A stretch of DNA of 64,000 bases from an uncultured Flavobacteriales bacterium (GCA_938009745.1 CALLII010000025.1:586-64585), one strand, 5' to 3'; positions 46,130 to 58,383 are shown, counted from the stretch's first letter. Notes: generated from the sequence alone by a model not told the origin. Numbers and translations: made by a program.

Positions 46130-46504
46130 ATGCCAACTATACAACAATTAATAAGAAAAGGAAGGACTTCTAATACAAAGGTTAGTAAGTCAATAGCACT
46201 TAACTCTTGTCCTCAAAAAAGAGGGGTGTGTGTAAGAGTATACACAGCTACTCCAAAGAAGCCAAATTCTGCAATGAGAAAAGTTGCCAGAGTTAGACTA
46301 ACTAATGGAAAAGAAGTGAATGCTTATATTGGTGGAGAAGGACACAACTTACAGGAACACAGTATTGTGTTAGTAAGAGGAGGAAGAGTAAAAGATCTTC
46401 CAGGTGTAAGATACCACATAGTAAGAGGATCATTAGATACTGCCGGAGTAGATGGTAGAACTCAAAGAAGATCTAAATACGGAACAAAAAGACCTAAAAA
46501 CTAA
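46130..46504 (+). CDS. rpsL: 30S ribosomal protein S12
   Basis: [12 protein letters not shown]...[16 protein letters not shown] is canonical S12. Confidence 0.97.
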   Translation: MPTIQQLIRKGRTSNTKVSKSIALNSCPQKRGVCVRVYTATPKKPNSAMRKVARVRLTNGKEVNAYIGGEGHNLQEHSIVLVRGGRVKDLPGVRYHIVRGSLDTAGVDGRTQRRSKYGTKRPKN

Positions 46505-46554
46505 AAACATTACATACTCTACCTATTAAATTAGGAGTATTATAACAATCAGTT

Positions 46555-47025
46555 ATGAGAAGAAGAACCGCCAAAAAGCACAGAATTTTACCAGATCCAA
46601 AATTCAATGATGTGCAAGTAACCAAGTTTGTAAACAACTTGATGATGCATGGAAAAAAGGAACTAGCGTTCGATATTTTTTACACAGCATTAGAGATCGT
46701 AGAATCTAAAATTGAAGACGAAGCTCCATTGGAGGTTTTCAAAAAAGGATTAAAAAACATTACTCCAGACGTAGAAGTACGAAGTAGAAGAGTAGGTGGG
46801 GCAACTTACCAAATTCCACAACCAATTAGAGACGGAAGAAAAGAATCCTTAGGGATGAAGTGGTTAATCTCATTCGCAAGAAAGAGAAATGATAACACTA
46901 TGGGTCAAAAATTGGCTTCTGAGATAATGGCAGCTTTCAAAGAAGAAGGTGGAGCGATTAAGAAGAAAGAAGATACTATCAGAATGGCTGAAGCAAATAA
47001 GGCATTTTCACATTTTAGATTTTAA
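46555..47025 (+). CDS. rpsG: 30S ribosomal protein S7
   Basis: [17 protein letters not shown]...[16 protein letters not shown]. Confidence 0.97.
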   Translation: MRRRTAKKHRILPDPKFNDVQVTKFVNNLMMHGKKELAFDIFYTALEIVESKIEDEAPLEVFKKGLKNITPDVEVRSRRVGGATYQIPQPIRDGRKESLGMKWLISFARKRNDNTMGQKLASEIMAAFKEEGGAIKKKEDTIRMAEANKAFSHFRF

Positions 47026-47028
47026 GAG

Positions 47029-49161
47029 ATGGCAAAGAGAGATTTAACCAAAACAAGAAACATTGGAATTGCAGCTCACATTGATGCAGGTAAAACTACA
47101 ACAACAGAGCGTATTCTTTTTTACACAGGAATTAACCATAAGATTGGTGAAGTACATGATGGTGCATCAACAATGGATTGGATGGAGCAAGAAGCTGAAA
47201 GAGGTATTACAATTACTTCAGCGGCTACAACTTGTGAATGGAAATTTCCAACAAATAAAGGAGCAGCATTACCAGAATCAATAGATTATAAAATTAACAT
47301 TATTGATACTCCAGGTCACGTAGATTTTACGGTAGAGGTGGAAAGATCATTAAGAATATTAGATGGAGTTGTTGCTTTGTTTAGTGCAGTAGATGGTGTA
47401 GAACCGCAATCTGAGACTGTATGGAGACAAGCTGACAAATACAGGGTACCTAGATTAGGTTTCGTTAACAAAATGGACAGACAAGGGGCTAACTTCTTGA
47501 AAGTTTGTGATCAAGTTAGAGAAATGTTAGGAGGTAACCCAGTTCCATTACAAATTCCAATTGGTGATGAAGATGACTTTGAAGGAGTTGTTGATTTGAT
47601 TGCAATGAAAGGAATCGTTTGGGATGAAGAAGGATACGGAATGACTTACAAAGAAGTAGAAATTCCAGCTGATTTGACTGAAGTTGTTGCTGAATACAGA
47701 GCAAAATTAATTGAATCTGTTGCTGAGTATGATGATACTTTAATGGAGAAATTCTTTGAAGATGAAAATTCAATTACAGAAGAAGAAGTAATAGAAGCTT
47801 TAAGAAAAGCAACAATTGATATGTCTATCATACCAATGATGTGTGGTTCTGCCTTTAAGAACAAAGGAGTTCAAGCAATGTTGGATGCAGTAATTAGATT
47901 TTTACCTTCACCAATGGATGTTGAAGCTATTATTGGGGTGAATCCTGATACTGAAGAAGAAGAGAAAAGAAAGCCTAACACAGAGGAGCCTTTTTCAGCA
48001 TTAGCATTTAAAATTGCTACGGATCCTTTCGTAGGAAGACTATGTTTCTTCAGAGTTTATTCAGGAGTATTAGATGCAGGGTCTTATGTATTAAATACAA
48101 GAACACAAAAGAAAGAAAGAATTTCTAGAATATTCCAAATGCACTCTAACAAGCAGAACGCTATTGATAGCATTGAAACTGGAGATATTGGAGCAGCAGT
48201 AGGATTTAAAGATATTAGAACAGGAGATACATTGTGTGATTTAAAGCACCCAATAGTATTGGAGTCTATGACATTCCCAGCACCAGTAATTGGTGTAGCA
48301 ATTGAGCCTAAAACTCAAGCTGATGTTGATAAATTAGGTGTTGGTCTTGGTAAATTAGCCGAGGAAGATCCAACATTTGTAATTAACACAGATGAAGAAA
48401 CTGGTCAAACAGTAATCTCCGGAATGGGTGAGTTACACTTAGAAATTCTTATTGATAGATTGAAGAGAGAATTTAAGGTTGAAGTTAACCAAGGAGCTCC
48501 TCAAGTATCATACAAAGAAAATATTACATCAGCAGTGGATCACAGAGAGCTTTACAAAAAGCAATCGGGTGGTAGAGGAAAATTTGCTGATATCGTTATA
48601 ACATTAGAGCCAGGTGATCCTGAAAAAGAAGGATTAGAGTTTGTAAACATCATTAAAGGTGGTAACATTCCTAAAGAATTTATTCCTTCAGTAGAAAAAG
48701 GATTTAAAGAAGCTATGAAGAATGGTATTCTTGCAGGTTTCCCAATTGATTCTTTAAAAGTAACATTGAAAGATGGATCTTTTCACGCAGTGGATTCAGA
48801 TCAATTATCTTTTGAGATTGCAGCTAAAATGGCATTTAAAACTGCTTGTAAGCAAGCTGGTGCGATTTTACTTGAGCCTATAATGAAATTAGAGGTTGTT
48901 ACTCCAGAAGTTAACATGGGTGATATCGTAGGAGATTTGAACAGAAGAAGAGGTCAAGTTGACGGGATGGATGACAGAGCAGGAGCTAAGATTGTAAAAG
49001 CTAAAGTTCCATTGTCAGAAATGTTTGGATACGTTACACAATTAAGAACAATGTCTTCAGGAAGAGCAACTTCAACTATGGAGTTTTCACATTTCCAAGA
49101 GGCACCAAGAAATATTACGACTGAAGTGCTTGCAAAAGCTAAAGGAGAAGTACAAGCTTAA
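47029..49161 (+). CDS. fusA: Elongation factor G
   Basis: [28 protein letters not shown] and NKMDR GTPase motifs. 710 aa. Confidence 0.97.
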   Translation: MAKRDLTKTRNIGIAAHIDAGKTTTTERILFYTGINHKIGEVHDGASTMDWMEQEAERGITITSAATTCEWKFPTNKGAALPESIDYKINIIDTPGHVDFTVEVERSLRILDGVVALFSAVDGVEPQSETVWRQADKYRVPRLGFVNKMDRQGANFLKVCDQVREMLGGNPVPLQIPIGDEDDFEGVVDLIAMKGIVWDEEGYGMTYKEVEIPADLTEVVAEYRAKLIESVAEYDDTLMEKFFEDENSITEEEVIEALRKATIDMSIIPMMCGSAFKNKGVQAMLDAVIRFLPSPMDVEAIIGVNPDTEEEEKRKPNTEEPFSALAFKIATDPFVGRLCFFRVYSGVLDAGSYVLNTRTQKKERISRIFQMHSNKQNAIDSIETGDIGAAVGFKDIRTGDTLCDLKHPIVLESMTFPAPVIGVAIEPKTQADVDKLGVGLGKLAEEDPTFVINTDEETGQTVISGMGELHLEILIDRLKREFKVEVNQGAPQVSYKENITSAVDHRELYKKQSGGRGKFADIVITLEPGDPEKEGLEFVNIIKGGNIPKEFIPSVEKGFKEAMKNGILAGFPIDSLKVTLKDGSFHAVDSDQLSFEIAAKMAFKTACKQAGAILLEPIMKLEVVTPEVNMGDIVGDLNRRRGQVDGMDDRAGAKIVKAKVPLSEMFGYVTQLRTMSSGRATSTMEFSHFQEAPRNITTEVLAKAKGEVQA

Positions 49162-49173
49162 TAAAACTTTATT

Positions 49174-49485
49174 ATGAGTCAGAAAATTAGAATAAAATTA
49201 AAATCATACGATCACAACTTAGTTGACAAATCAGCTGAGAAAATCGTTAAAACTGTAAAAGTTACAGGTGCAGTAGTAAGTGGGCCAATTCCATTACCAA
49301 CTCACAAAAGAATTTACACAGTATTGAAATCTCCTCACGTTAACAAAAAAGCGAGAGAGCAATTCGAATTAAGTTCGTACAAAAGATTGATAGATATCTA
49401 CAGCAATTCAAATGCAGCTAAAACAATTGATGCATTAATGAAATTAGAATTGCCAAGTGGTGTAAATGTTGAAATAAAAGTTTAA
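49174..49485 (+). CDS. rpsJ: 30S ribosomal protein S10
   Basis: [21 protein letters not shown]...[15 protein letters not shown]. Confidence 0.97.
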   Translation: MSQKIRIKLKSYDHNLVDKSAEKIVKTVKVTGAVVSGPIPLPTHKRIYTVLKSPHVNKKAREQFELSSYKRLIDIYSNSNAAKTIDALMKLELPSGVNVEIKV

Positions 49486-49495
49486 GTAAAGAATT

Positions 49496-50119
49496 ATGGC
49501 AACTGGATTAATAGGAAGAAAAAAAGGGATGACTAGTATCTTTGACGAGAACGGTAAAAATATACCGTGTACAGTTATAGAATTAGGTCCTTGTGTAGTT
49601 ACTCAGATTAAAACTGAAGAGACTGACGGATATACTGCTGTTCAAGTAGGATATGACGAGAAGAAAGAAAAGAATACACCTGCAGCAATGCAAGGTCATT
49701 TCAAAAAAGCTAAAACTACTCCAAAGAGAAAGTTAGTTGAATTTGATATGTTTTCAGGAGAAGTAAAAATGGGAGATACAATCTCTGCAGCTGATGTATT
49801 TGCTGAAGGAGAATTTGTAGATGTTGTTGGAACTTCAAAAGGAAAAGGATTTCAAGGGGTTGTAAAGAGACATAACTTCGCAGGAGTAGGACAAGCAACT
49901 CACGGTCAACATAACAGATTGAGAGCGCCAGGATCTATTGGAGCAGCTTCTTACCCAGCAAGAGTATTTAAAGGAATGAGAATGGCAGGGCAAATGGGTA
50001 ATGTTAGGGTGAAAACTCAAAACTTACAAATTGTTAAAGTTCTTGCAGATAAAAATTTAGTATTAATTAAAGGAGCCGTTCCTGGATTTAATGGAAACTT
50101 TGTAATAGTAGAAAAGTAA
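49496..50119 (+). CDS. rplC: 50S ribosomal protein L3
   Basis: [13 protein letters not shown]...[13 protein letters not shown]. Confidence 0.96.
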   Translation: MATGLIGRKKGMTSIFDENGKNIPCTVIELGPCVVTQIKTEETDGYTAVQVGYDEKKEKNTPAAMQGHFKKAKTTPKRKLVEFDMFSGEVKMGDTISAADVFAEGEFVDVVGTSKGKGFQGVVKRHNFAGVGQATHGQHNRLRAPGSIGAASYPARVFKGMRMAGQMGNVRVKTQNLQIVKVLADKNLVLIKGAVPGFNGNFVIVEK

Positions 50120-50745
50120 TGAGTATAGAAATTCAAAATATAGAGGGGAAATCTTCAGGAAAGAAGGTTACTCTTAATAAAGGAATCTTTGCTGTAGAGC
50201 CAAATGATCACGCTATCTATTTGGACGTTAAGTGGTACTTGGCTAGAAGAAGACAAGGAACAAGTAAAGCAAAAGAAAGAGCAGAAGTAACTGGATCTAC
50301 TAGAAAAATAAAAAAACAAAAAGGTACTGGTACTGCAAGAGCAGGAAGTATTAAATCTCCACTTTTCAAAGGAGGAGGTACTGTTTTTGGACCAGCTCCA
50401 AGAGACTACGATTTCAAAATGAACAGAAAGTTGAAGAAAGTAGCTCGTAGATCTGCATTAACTTACAAAGCACAAAAAGAAGATATAATTGTATTAGAAG
50501 ATTTCGTAATGAAAGATGCTAAAACAAAGGACTTTAAAATAATCCTACAAAAATTAGGAATTGATTCTGAAAAATCACTATTTTTGTTGCCCGAAAAAAG
50601 CGACAATCTTTACTTAGCCTCAAGGAACATTCCTAACGCTATGGTTGTTACAGCTGATTCGATAAATAGCTATGAAGTAATGAATGCCAACAAGTTAGTT
50701 GTTGTTGAAAGTGCATTAAAAACAATTGATACTTACTTAGCATAA
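50119..50745 (+). CDS. rplD: 50S ribosomal protein L4
   Basis: KQKGTGTARAGSIKSPLFKGGGTVFGP. The start overlaps the rplC stop (TAATG). Confidence 0.95.
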   Translation: MSIEIQNIEGKSSGKKVTLNKGIFAVEPNDHAIYLDVKWYLARRRQGTSKAKERAEVTGSTRKIKKQKGTGTARAGSIKSPLFKGGGTVFGPAPRDYDFKMNRKLKKVARRSALTYKAQKEDIIVLEDFVMKDAKTKDFKIILQKLGIDSEKSLFLLPEKSDNLYLASRNIPNAMVVTADSINSYEVMNANKLVVVESALKTIDTYLA

Positions 50746-50755
50746 TAATAACAAG

Positions 50756-51052
50756 ATGACTGAGATACTTAAAAGACCTATTATTTCCGAAAAATCTGAA
50801 TTTTTCATTGAAAATAATAACACGTATACATTCGAGGTAGATAAAAGAGCTACGAAGGTAGATATCAAAAATGCTGTTGAGAATATGTATGGTGTTAAAG
50901 TTAGAAAGGTGAATACTATGAACCTTGGAGGTGGAAAGAAGGAGATGAAACAGACGAATAAAGGATTAATTTTTCAAAGAACTAAAGCGATTAAGAAAGC
51001 TATGATAACTCTAGTAGATGGAGATGAAATAGATTTCTATAGCAATATTTAA
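50756..51052 (+). CDS. rplW: 50S ribosomal protein L23
   Basis: ILKRPIISEKS...YTFEVDKRATKVDIKNAVENMYGVKV. Confidence 0.95.
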   Translation: MTEILKRPIISEKSEFFIENNNTYTFEVDKRATKVDIKNAVENMYGVKVRKVNTMNLGGGKKEMKQTNKGLIFQRTKAIKKAMITLVDGDEIDFYSNI

Positions 51053-51058
51053 TATACA

Positions 51059-51886
51059 ATGGGAGTAAGAAAATTAAAACCAACAACACCAGGTCAAAGG
51101 CATAAAATTGCTGATGATTTTGCGGATATAACTTCACCTAACAATCCTGAGAAGAGTCTATTAAGACCTATCAAGAAATCTGGAGGAAGAAATAACCAGG
51201 GTAAAATGACAATGAGATACCGTGGGGGTGGTCATAAAAGAAGATATCGTGTAATTGATTTTCAAAGAAATAACTTTGGAATCGAAGGTGAAGTAATGAC
51301 TGTGGAGTATGATCCAAACAGATCTGCTAGAATAGCATTAGTTCAATACACAGATGGAGAAAAAAGATACATCATTTGTCCTAATGGATTAAAAGTTGGA
51401 GATAAAATAAATTCTGGAGAAGGTGTTGAGCCAAATGTTGGTAATGCAATGTTCTTAAGTGAAGTTCCATTGGGAACAACTATTCACAATATAGAGTTAC
51501 AACCAGGAAGAGGAGGAGTATTAGCAAGAGGTGCAGGAACTTACGCTCAATTGAACGCAAGAGATGGTAAATATGCTATTATCAAATTGCCTTCTGGTGA
51601 AACAAGAATGATTTTGCTTACTTGTTTAGCTACTATTGGTTCTGTATCTAATCCAACACATAACTTGGTAAGATCAGGTAAAGCTGGAAGGAGCAGGTGG
51701 TTAGGAAGAAGACCTAGAGTAAGAGGAGTTGTAATGAACCCAGTTGATCACCCAATGGGAGGTGGAGAAGGAAAATCTTCTGGAGGTCATCCAAGATCAA
51801 GAAATGGAATACCAGCTAAAGGTTACAAGACTAGAAGTAAGACTAAAAAGTCTAACAGATTAATAATTGAAAGAAGGAAGAAATAA
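51059..51886 (+). CDS. rplB: 50S ribosomal protein L2
   Basis: [22 protein letters not shown]...[14 protein letters not shown]. Confidence 0.97.
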   Translation: MGVRKLKPTTPGQRHKIADDFADITSPNNPEKSLLRPIKKSGGRNNQGKMTMRYRGGGHKRRYRVIDFQRNNFGIEGEVMTVEYDPNRSARIALVQYTDGEKRYIICPNGLKVGDKINSGEGVEPNVGNAMFLSEVPLGTTIHNIELQPGRGGVLARGAGTYAQLNARDGKYAIIKLPSGETRMILLTCLATIGSVSNPTHNLVRSGKAGRSRWLGRRPRVRGVVMNPVDHPMGGGEGKSSGGHPRSRNGIPAKGYKTRSKTKKSNRLIIERRKK

Positions 51887-51893
51887 ATAAAAG

Positions 51894-52166
51894 ATGAGTA
51901 GATCCTTAAAAAAACCGCCATTTGTATACTATAAGTTATACAAGAAGTTAGACAAAGTAAGTGAGTCTGGTAAAAAGACTGTAATCAAGACTTGGTCTAG
52001 AGCTTCAACTATTACACCTGATTTTGTTGGACATACATTTGCTGTTCACAATGGTAATAAGTTTATTCCTGTTTATGTTACTGAAAACATGGTAGGACAC
52101 AAACTTGGAGAATTTTCTCCGACAAGAAACTTCAGAGGACACGGAGGTAAGAAAGGAAAAAAATAA
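51894..52166 (+). CDS. rpsS: 30S ribosomal protein S19
   Basis: [11 protein letters not shown]...[29 protein letters not shown]. Confidence 0.97.
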   Translation: MSRSLKKPPFVYYKLYKKLDKVSESGKKTVIKTWSRASTITPDFVGHTFAVHNGNKFIPVYVTENMVGHKLGEFSPTRNFRGHGGKKGKK

Positions 52167-52188
52167 TTAAGAAAATTATTCTAAAACA

Positions 52189-52575
52189 ATGGGAGCTAGA
52201 AAAAGATTAATGGCCGAAAGGATAAAGGAAGAAAAAAAGAGCTTAGCATTTGCTAAACTTAATAAATGTCCTATTCCTGCGAGAAAAATGAGACTTGTTG
52301 CTGACCTTATTAGAGGGGAAGAAGTTGCAAAATCTCTTATTATATTAAAACATAATCCAAAGGATGCTTCGGGTTATTTGGAAACACTTTTGTTATCCGC
52401 AGTTGCCAACTGGCAAACTAAAAATGATGGACAAGAGCCGGATAATTTGTTTATTAAGGAAATAACTGTAGGCCCCGGACCAACACTTAAAAGAATTAAG
52501 CCAGCACCTCAAGGTAGAGCTCACAGAATTAGAAAAAGATCAAATCACGTAACTATTTTAGTAGACACTTTATAA
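52189..52575 (+). CDS. rplV: 50S ribosomal protein L22
   Basis: [13 protein letters not shown]...[24 protein letters not shown]. Confidence 0.95.
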   Translation: MGARKRLMAERIKEEKKSLAFAKLNKCPIPARKMRLVADLIRGEEVAKSLIILKHNPKDASGYLETLLLSAVANWQTKNDGQEPDNLFIKEITVGPGPTLKRIKPAPQGRAHRIRKRSNHVTILVDTL

Positions 52576-52579
52576 GAAT

Positions 52580-53290
52580 ATGGGACAAAAGACAAATCCA
52601 ATAGGAAACAGATTAGGTTACATCAAAGGTTGGGATTCCAACTGGTATGGTGGAGACGATTATAAGGACAAGATTGTTCAAGATAATAAAATCAGAACCT
52701 ACATCAATGCTAGATTAAGAAAAGCAAGTGTAGCTAAAGTTGTAATTGAAAGAACTTTAAAATTTGTTACTGTAACAATTCATACTGCAAGACCAGGTGT
52801 AATTATCGGTAAAGGAGGAGCAGAGGTAGATAAGTTGAAAGAAGAGTTGAAGAAATTGACTGGAAATGAAATCCAAATCAATATCTTTGAAGTTAAAAGA
52901 CCTGAATTAGATGCTGTGCTAGTTGGAGAAGGTATTGCTCGTCAAATCGAAGCAAGAATTTCTTACAGAAGAGCAATTAAAATGTCTATTGCTTCTACAA
53001 TGAGAATGGGAGCCGAAGGAATTAAGGTTAAGATCAGTGGAAGATTGAATGGAGCTGAAATGGCAAGAAGCGAAATGTACAAAGAAGGAAGAACTCCACT
53101 TCATACATTTAGAGCTGATATTGATTATGCTCTTTCTGAAGCACATACACAATACGGAAGAATAGGTGTTAAAGTATGGATCTGTAAAGGCGAAGTATTT
53201 GGTAAAAGAGATTTATCTCCAAATTTAGATAAAGGAGGAAAGTCACCAAGAGATAACAAGGGCGGTAATAGAAAGCCAAGAAGAAGATAA
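52580..53290 (+). CDS. rpsC: 30S ribosomal protein S3
   Basis: [13 protein letters not shown]...[17 protein letters not shown] (KH domain)...RLNGAEMAR. Confidence 0.97.
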   Translation: MGQKTNPIGNRLGYIKGWDSNWYGGDDYKDKIVQDNKIRTYINARLRKASVAKVVIERTLKFVTVTIHTARPGVIIGKGGAEVDKLKEELKKLTGNEIQINIFEVKRPELDAVLVGEGIARQIEARISYRRAIKMSIASTMRMGAEGIKVKISGRLNGAEMARSEMYKEGRTPLHTFRADIDYALSEAHTQYGRIGVKVWICKGEVFGKRDLSPNLDKGGKSPRDNKGGNRKPRRR

Positions 53291-53316
53291 TATTAAATTA
53301 GAAAAACTCTGTAATA

Positions 53317-53736
53317 ATGTTACAACCGAAAAGAGTAAAGTTCAGGAATACACAAAAAGGTAAACTAAAAGGTTTAGCTTATAGAGGAAATCATGTAGCT
53401 TTTGGTTCATATGGACTAAAGACTATGGAAGAAGGATGGATTACCTCAAGACAAATTGAAGCTGCCCGTATTGCTGTTACAAGATACATGAAAAGAGAAG
53501 GTAAAGTTTGGATTAGAATATTTCCAGACAAGCCAGTTACAAGTAAGCCTGCTGAAGTAAGACAAGGAAAAGGTAAAGGATCATTAAGTCACTATGTTGC
53601 TGCAATTAAGCCAGGAAGAGTAATGTTTGAAGCAGATGGAGTACCTTTGGAAGTAGCTAAAGAAGCTATGAGACTTGCGGCACAAAAGTTACCTGTAAAG
53701 ACGAAGTTTGTTTTAAGAAGAGATTTCGCAGAATAA
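53317..53736 (+). CDS. rplP: 50S ribosomal protein L16
   Basis: [15 protein letters not shown]...[15 protein letters not shown]. Confidence 0.97.
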   Translation: MLQPKRVKFRNTQKGKLKGLAYRGNHVAFGSYGLKTMEEGWITSRQIEAARIAVTRYMKREGKVWIRIFPDKPVTSKPAEVRQGKGKGSLSHYVAAIKPGRVMFEADGVPLEVAKEAMRLAAQKLPVKTKFVLRRDFAE

Positions 53737-53752
53737 TTTAAAGAATTAGAAG

Positions 53753-53950
53753 ATGAACAATAAAGAAATAATCGGATTATCTGATAAAGAATTAGTTCAG
53801 GAGTTTAAAGACACTAAATTGCTTTTAAACAAAATGAAACTAAACCACAAAGTATCTGCCATTGAAAACCCAATGTTAATCAGAGATACAAGAAGAACTG
53901 TGGCAAGAATTAAAACTGAGTTAGTCGCAAGAAAAAGCGCAGCTAAATAA
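53753..53950 (+). CDS. rpmC: 50S ribosomal protein L29
   Basis: 65 aa. [10 protein letters not shown]...[15 protein letters not shown]. Operon position is between L16 and S17. Confidence 0.92.
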   Translation: MNNKEIIGLSDKELVQEFKDTKLLLNKMKLNHKVSAIENPMLIRDTRRTVARIKTELVARKSAAK

Positions 53951-53958
53951 TAGTTGAA

Positions 53959-54213
53959 ATGGAAAGAAATTTAAGAAAAGAAAGAGTTGGAATCGTGACT
54001 AGCCAGAAAATGGATAAGTCAATAACTGTTCTTGTAGAAAGAAGAGAGAAGCATGCCATGTATGGAAAGTTCCTTAAAAAGTCAAACAAGTTTTTGGCAC
54101 ATGATGAGAATAACGACTGTAATGAAGGTGATGTGGTAAGAATAGCTGAAACTAGACCTTTAAGTAAAAGAAAGCGATGGAGATTAGCTGAAATAATCGA
54201 AAGAGCAAAATAA
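53959..54213 (+). CDS. rpsQ: 30S ribosomal protein S17
   Basis: [23 protein letters not shown]...[23 protein letters not shown]. Confidence 0.95.
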   Translation: MERNLRKERVGIVTSQKMDKSITVLVERREKHAMYGKFLKKSNKFLAHDENNDCNEGDVVRIAETRPLSKRKRWRLAEIIERAK

Positions 54214-54222
54214 TATTAAAAA

Positions 54223-54591
54223 ATGGTACAACAAGAATCAAGATTAAAGATAGCAGATAATAGTGGAGCAAAAGAAGTGCTTGTTATTAGAGTGCTTGGA
54301 GGTTCAGGTAAGAGATATGCCTCAATCGGAGATAAGATTGTAGTAGCTGTAAAGTCTGCAACTCCTAACGGTAACGTTAAAAAAGGATCAGTAGCTAAAG
54401 CTGTAGTTGTCAGAACCAAAAAGGAAATTAGAAGACCTGATGGATCTTATATCAGATTTGAAGATAACGCAGCAGTTATCTTAAATGAAGCTGGAGAGAT
54501 GAGAGGTACAAGAATTTTTGGCCCTGTAGCTAGAGAATTAAGAGATAAGCAATTTATGAAGATTGTTTCATTAGCACCAGAAGTGCTATAA
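54223..54591 (+). CDS. rplN: 50S ribosomal protein L14
   Basis: [28 protein letters not shown]. Confidence 0.97.
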   Translation: MVQQESRLKIADNSGAKEVLVIRVLGGSGKRYASIGDKIVVAVKSATPNGNVKKGSVAKAVVVRTKKEIRRPDGSYIRFEDNAAVILNEAGEMRGTRIFGPVARELRDKQFMKIVSLAPEVL

Positions 54592-54603
54592 TTGATAAGG
54601 AAT

Positions 54604-54972
54604 ATGACAAACAAGAAATTACATATTAAAGTAGGAGACAAAGTTTTTGTTTCAACAGGAGTTTCAAAAGGTAAAAAAGCAGAAGTTATTTCTATTAATA
54701 GAAAATCTTTGAGAGCTGTAATTAGAGGAATCGAAGGAGATACTTTAAAGCCAATAAAGAAACATGTTAAGCCTAATGCAGATAAAGATTTTCCGGAAGG
54801 AGGAATTATTGAAAAAGATCCTACTATTCACATTTCTAATTTAATGGTTTTGGATCCAACATCTGGAGAACCAACCAAAACTGGAAGAAATAGAAAAGAA
54901 GTTGAGATCAAAGGAAAGAAAAAGACGGTATCTGTAAGGTATTCGAAAAAATCACAAGAAGAAATTAGTTAA
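54604..54972 (+). CDS. rplX: 50S ribosomal protein L24
   Basis: KOW motif [19 protein letters not shown] prefer the ATG at 54604 (MTNKK) over the ORF-track TTG at 54592. Confidence 0.9.
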   Translation: MTNKKLHIKVGDKVFVSTGVSKGKKAEVISINRKSLRAVIRGIEGDTLKPIKKHVKPNADKDFPEGGIIEKDPTIHISNLMVLDPTSGEPTKTGRNRKEVEIKGKKKTVSVRYSKKSQEEIS

Positions 54973-54974
54973 CG

Positions 54975-55523
54975 ATGGAATATACACCAAGACTAAAAAA
55001 GGATTACGAGGAAAGAGTAACCAAAGCTATGATTGAAAAATTCAATTATAAGAATGTTATGCAAGTACCAAAACTTACTAAAGTTTGTTTAAGTCAAGGT
55101 ATTGGTAAAGCAGTATCAGATAAAAAATTAGTTGACGCAGCTGTAGAAGAAATGACAACTATTACTGGTCAAAAAGCAATGGCTACATTTTCGAAGAAAG
55201 ATATCTCTAACTTTAAATTAAGAAAAGGGATGCCAATTGGAGCTAAAGTAACTCTTAGAGGTGAAAAGATGTGGGAATTTGTTGACAGATTTGTTGCAAT
55301 ATCTTTACCAAGAACTAGAGATTTTAGAGGAGTAGAGCCAAAAGGTTTTGATGGAAGAGGTAATTATACTTTAGGTATTAAGGAACAGATTATTTTTCCT
55401 GAGATAGATATTGATAAGATTAAGAACATTACTGGTATGGACATTACATTTGTAACTACAGCTAATACTAATGAAGAAGCACAAGAATTGTTAATCCAAT
55501 TAGGATTTCCTTTTAAAAAATAA
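54975..55523 (+). CDS. rplE: 50S ribosomal protein L5
   Basis: [11 protein letters not shown]...[16 protein letters not shown]...[16 protein letters not shown]. Confidence 0.97.
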   Translation: MEYTPRLKKDYEERVTKAMIEKFNYKNVMQVPKLTKVCLSQGIGKAVSDKKLVDAAVEEMTTITGQKAMATFSKKDISNFKLRKGMPIGAKVTLRGEKMWEFVDRFVAISLPRTRDFRGVEPKGFDGRGNYTLGIKEQIIFPEIDIDKIKNITGMDITFVTTANTNEEAQELLIQLGFPFKK

Positions 55524-55529
55524 TAGACA

Positions 55530-55799
55530 ATGGCAAAAGAATCAATGAAAGCTAGAGAGCGTAAAAGAGAAGCAATGGTTGCTAAATATGCTCAAAAGAG
55601 AAAAGAATTACTTGAGGCAGGTGATTATGATGGTTTACAAAAACTACCAAGAAACGCTAATCCAGTAAGACTTCATAACAGATGTCAATTAACAGGAAGA
55701 CCAAGAGGGTACATGAGACAATTTGGAATTTCTCGTGTAACTTTTAGAGAAATGGCTTTGCAAGGAAAAATACCAGGTGTTAAAAAAGCAAGTTGGTAA
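55530..55799 (+). CDS. rpsN: 30S ribosomal protein S14 (long form without the zinc motif)
   Basis: [13 protein letters not shown]...[25 protein letters not shown]...W. Confidence 0.95.
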   Translation: MAKESMKARERKREAMVAKYAQKRKELLEAGDYDGLQKLPRNANPVRLHNRCQLTGRPRGYMRQFGISRVTFREMALQGKIPGVKKASW

Positions 55800-55826
55800 T
55801 TAATAAGAATACTTAAGAAAACAAAG

Positions 55827-56225
55827 ATGGTAACAGATCCAATAGCAGATTATTTAACAAGAGTTAGAAACGGTATTATGGCTAAGCATAGAGTCGTGGA
55901 AATACCTGCATCTAACATGAAAGTTTCTATTTCTAAAATATTATTAGAAAAAGGATACATCTTGAACTATAAAGTAGTTGAAGATAACAAACAAGGAATT
56001 ATTAAAGTAGCTTTAAAATACGATCCAAGAACAAACCTTAATTCAATCTCTAAGTTGATTAGAATAAGTAAGCCAGGACTAAGAAAATACACTGGTGCAG
56101 ATGAAATGCCAAGAGTATTGAATGGTTTAGGTATTGCAATTCTTTCCACTTCGAAGGGTGTAATCACCAACAAAGAAGCAGCAGAGTTGAATGTAGGAGG
56201 TGAAGTTTTGTGTCACGTATATTAA
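55827..56225 (+). CDS. rpsH: 30S ribosomal protein S8
   Basis: [15 protein letters not shown]...[19 protein letters not shown]. Confidence 0.97.
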   Translation: MVTDPIADYLTRVRNGIMAKHRVVEIPASNMKVSISKILLEKGYILNYKVVEDNKQGIIKVALKYDPRTNLNSISKLIRISKPGLRKYTGADEMPRVLNGLGIAILSTSKGVITNKEAAELNVGGEVLCHVY

Positions 56226-56237
56226 TCTGAACGAATT

Positions 56238-56792
56238 ATGTCAAGAATAGGAAACGCAATAGTAACGATACCAGAAGGTGTTACAATTACAGTAGATAGC
56301 GATAATATCGTTACTGTAAAAGGAAAGCTAGGGGAACTAACCCAAGCTGTAGACAGTAGTATAACAATCAAAAATGAAGGAAGCGAAATATCTTTCGAAA
56401 GAAGTTCTGATAATGGTGCTGTTAGATCAATGCACGGTTTATACCGTTCATTAGTTTTTAATATGGTTGAAGGTGTATCTGCTGGATATAAAAAACAACT
56501 TGAATTAGTAGGAGTAGGATTTAGAGCTTCTACTAGTGGACAGTTATTAGAATTAGCTTTAGGATTTTCTCATCCAATTATTATGGAGATCCCAAAAGAA
56601 ATTAAAGTATCAGCTGAAACTGTAAAAGGAAAACCACCAGTTATTACTCTTGAGTCTTTTGATAAGCAATTAATTGGGCAAGTTGCAGCTAAAATTAGAG
56701 CTTTCAGAAAACCTGAACCATACAAAGGAAAAGGGGTAAGATACGTAGGAGAACAAATAAGAAGAAAAGCTGGAAAAACAGCTGCTAAATAA
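56238..56792 (+). CDS. rplF: 50S ribosomal protein L6
   Basis: MSRIGNAIVTIPEGVTI...LVGVGFRA...EPYKGKGVRYVGE. Confidence 0.96.
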   Translation: MSRIGNAIVTIPEGVTITVDSDNIVTVKGKLGELTQAVDSSITIKNEGSEISFERSSDNGAVRSMHGLYRSLVFNMVEGVSAGYKKQLELVGVGFRASTSGQLLELALGFSHPIIMEIPKEIKVSAETVKGKPPVITLESFDKQLIGQVAAKIRAFRKPEPYKGKGVRYVGEQIRRKAGKTAAK

Positions 56793-56815
56793 ACATTAGT
56801 TAAAGTTTACAAAAG

Positions 56816-57166
56816 ATGCCATTAACAAAAGACCAAAGAAGAACAAAAGTTAAGAAGAGAATCAGAAAAAAGTTTTCTGGTACTCCAACAAGACCTAGAC
56901 TATCTGTTTTCAGAAGTAACAAAGAAATTTACGCGCAATTAATTGATGACGAAAATAATGTTACACTAGCTGCCGCAACCTCTTATAAAAAAGGGTTTAT
57001 AAAAGGTACCAAGACTGAAAAGGCGAAAGAAGTGGGTGCTCAAATTGCTGCAAAAGCAAAAGAAGCTGGAATTGAAACTGTAGTATTTGACCGTAATGGT
57101 TACATTTACCACGGAAGAGTTCAAGCATTGGCAGAAGGTGCCAGAGAAAACGGATTAAAATTTTAA
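56816..57166 (+). CDS. rplR: 50S ribosomal protein L18
   Basis: [20 protein letters not shown]...[28 protein letters not shown]. Confidence 0.96.
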   Translation: MPLTKDQRRTKVKKRIRKKFSGTPTRPRLSVFRSNKEIYAQLIDDENNVTLAAATSYKKGFIKGTKTEKAKEVGAQIAAKAKEAGIETVVFDRNGYIYHGRVQALAEGARENGLKF

Positions 57167-57176
57167 AAAAGATTAT

Positions 57177-57683
57177 ATGTCTAAGTTATTAAGATCGGGA
57201 GATTTAGAGTTAAAAGATAAGGTTGTTGCCATCAATAGAGTAACAAAAGTAACTAAAGGTGGACGTCACTTCAGTTTTTCTGCAATTGTTGTTGTAGGAG
57301 ATGAAAACGGAATCGTAGGTCACGGATTAGGAAAAGCTAACGAAGTAACAGAAGCTATTACTAAAGCTATTGATAATGCAAAAAAGAACCTTATTAAAGT
57401 TCCTTTGATTAAGGGAACAATTCCTCACTCTCAATTTGAGAAATTTGGAGGAGCTAGAGTATTACTTAAGCCAGCATCTGGTGGTACAGGAGTAATTGCA
57501 GGAGGTGCAATGAGAGCTGTATTAGAGAGTGTAGGTGTACATGATGTACTTGCAAAATCACAAGGTTCGTCTAACCCACACAATTTAGTAAAGGCTACTA
57601 TCAATGCATTAGCAGGGATGAGAAGCGCTAAGGAAATAGCTAAGCAAAGAGGTGTAAGTTTGGACGTAGTATTTAACGGATAA
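57177..57683 (+). CDS. rpsE: 30S ribosomal protein S5
   Basis: [39 protein letters not shown]... Confidence 0.97.
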   Translation: MSKLLRSGDLELKDKVVAINRVTKVTKGGRHFSFSAIVVVGDENGIVGHGLGKANEVTEAITKAIDNAKKNLIKVPLIKGTIPHSQFEKFGGARVLLKPASGGTGVIAGGAMRAVLESVGVHDVLAKSQGSSNPHNLVKATINALAGMRSAKEIAKQRGVSLDVVFNG

Positions 57684-57696
57684 AAAAAGTCTAAAG

Positions 57697-57873
57697 ATGG
57701 CAACTATTAAAATAAAACAAGTTAGAAGTACAATTAAAAAGCCTTTGAGACAAAAAAGGACAATCAAAGCTTTGGGATTCAAAAAGTTGAACCAAGTTAT
57801 TGAAAAAGAAGCTACTCCTCAAATCCTTGGGATGATACGTAAAGTAAATCACTTGGTAGAAGTAGTAGATTAA
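57697..57873 (+). CDS. rpmD: 50S ribosomal protein L30 (hand-called; below the ORF-track length cutoff)
   Basis: Hand translation gives MATIKIKQVRSTIKKPLRQKRTIKALGFKKLNQVIEKEATPQILGMIRKVNHLVEVVD (58 aa). Sits between rpsE and rplO as expected. Confidence 0.9.
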   Translation: MATIKIKQVRSTIKKPLRQKRTIKALGFKKLNQVIEKEATPQILGMIRKVNHLVEVVD

Positions 57874-57896
57874 TTACTATAGAATTTTAAAAGAAA

Positions 57897-58352
57897 ATGG
57901 AATTACATAATTTAACACCAGCAGAAGGTTCTAATAAGAACAAGAAAGTAAGAATAGGTAGAGGTCAAGGATCTGGAAAAGGTGGAACTGCTGCAAGAGG
58001 GCATAAAGGAGCAAAATCAAGATCAGGTTATTCAAGAAAGAGTGGATTTGAGGGTGGACAAATGCCACTTCAAAGACGTATACCTAAGTTTGGTTTTAAG
58101 AATATTAATAGAATTGAGCATTTAGGGATAAATCTTGATGTACTTCAAACTATAGTAGATAATGATAAATCTGTTACTACAATTGATTTAGCTTATTTAG
58201 TAGAAAATGGATATGCTCACAAGAATGATAGAGTTAAAATTTTAGGAAGAGGAGAATTAAACGCTAAGTTGGACATAACAGTTCACAAATTTACAAAAAC
58301 AGCTAAAGAAGGGATAGAGTCTAAAGGAGGAACTGCTGTAGAATTATCTTAA
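57897..58352 (+). CDS. rplO: 50S ribosomal protein L15
   Basis: LHNLTPAEGSNKNKKVRIGRGQGSGKGGTAARGHKG... Confidence 0.96.
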   Translation: MELHNLTPAEGSNKNKKVRIGRGQGSGKGGTAARGHKGAKSRSGYSRKSGFEGGQMPLQRRIPKFGFKNINRIEHLGINLDVLQTIVDNDKSVTTIDLAYLVENGYAHKNDRVKILGRGELNAKLDITVHKFTKTAKEGIESKGGTAVELS

Positions 58353-58383
58353 TAGGGTAAGAAAACTTTTTTTAAAAGATTAC

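Noticed and set aside
47029-49485. Absence of tuf between fusA and rpsJ as a possible deletion or rearrangement.
   Set aside because: In Bacteroidota, tuf normally lies elsewhere (with secE-nusG), so a direct fusA-rpsJ junction is the expected arrangement.
54592-54603. The TTG start proposed by the ORF track for L24 (MIRNMTNKK...).
   Set aside because: It would begin immediately after the rplN stop. The in-frame ATG at 54604 gives a conventional L24 N-terminus ([12 protein letters not shown]). The choice remains unproven.
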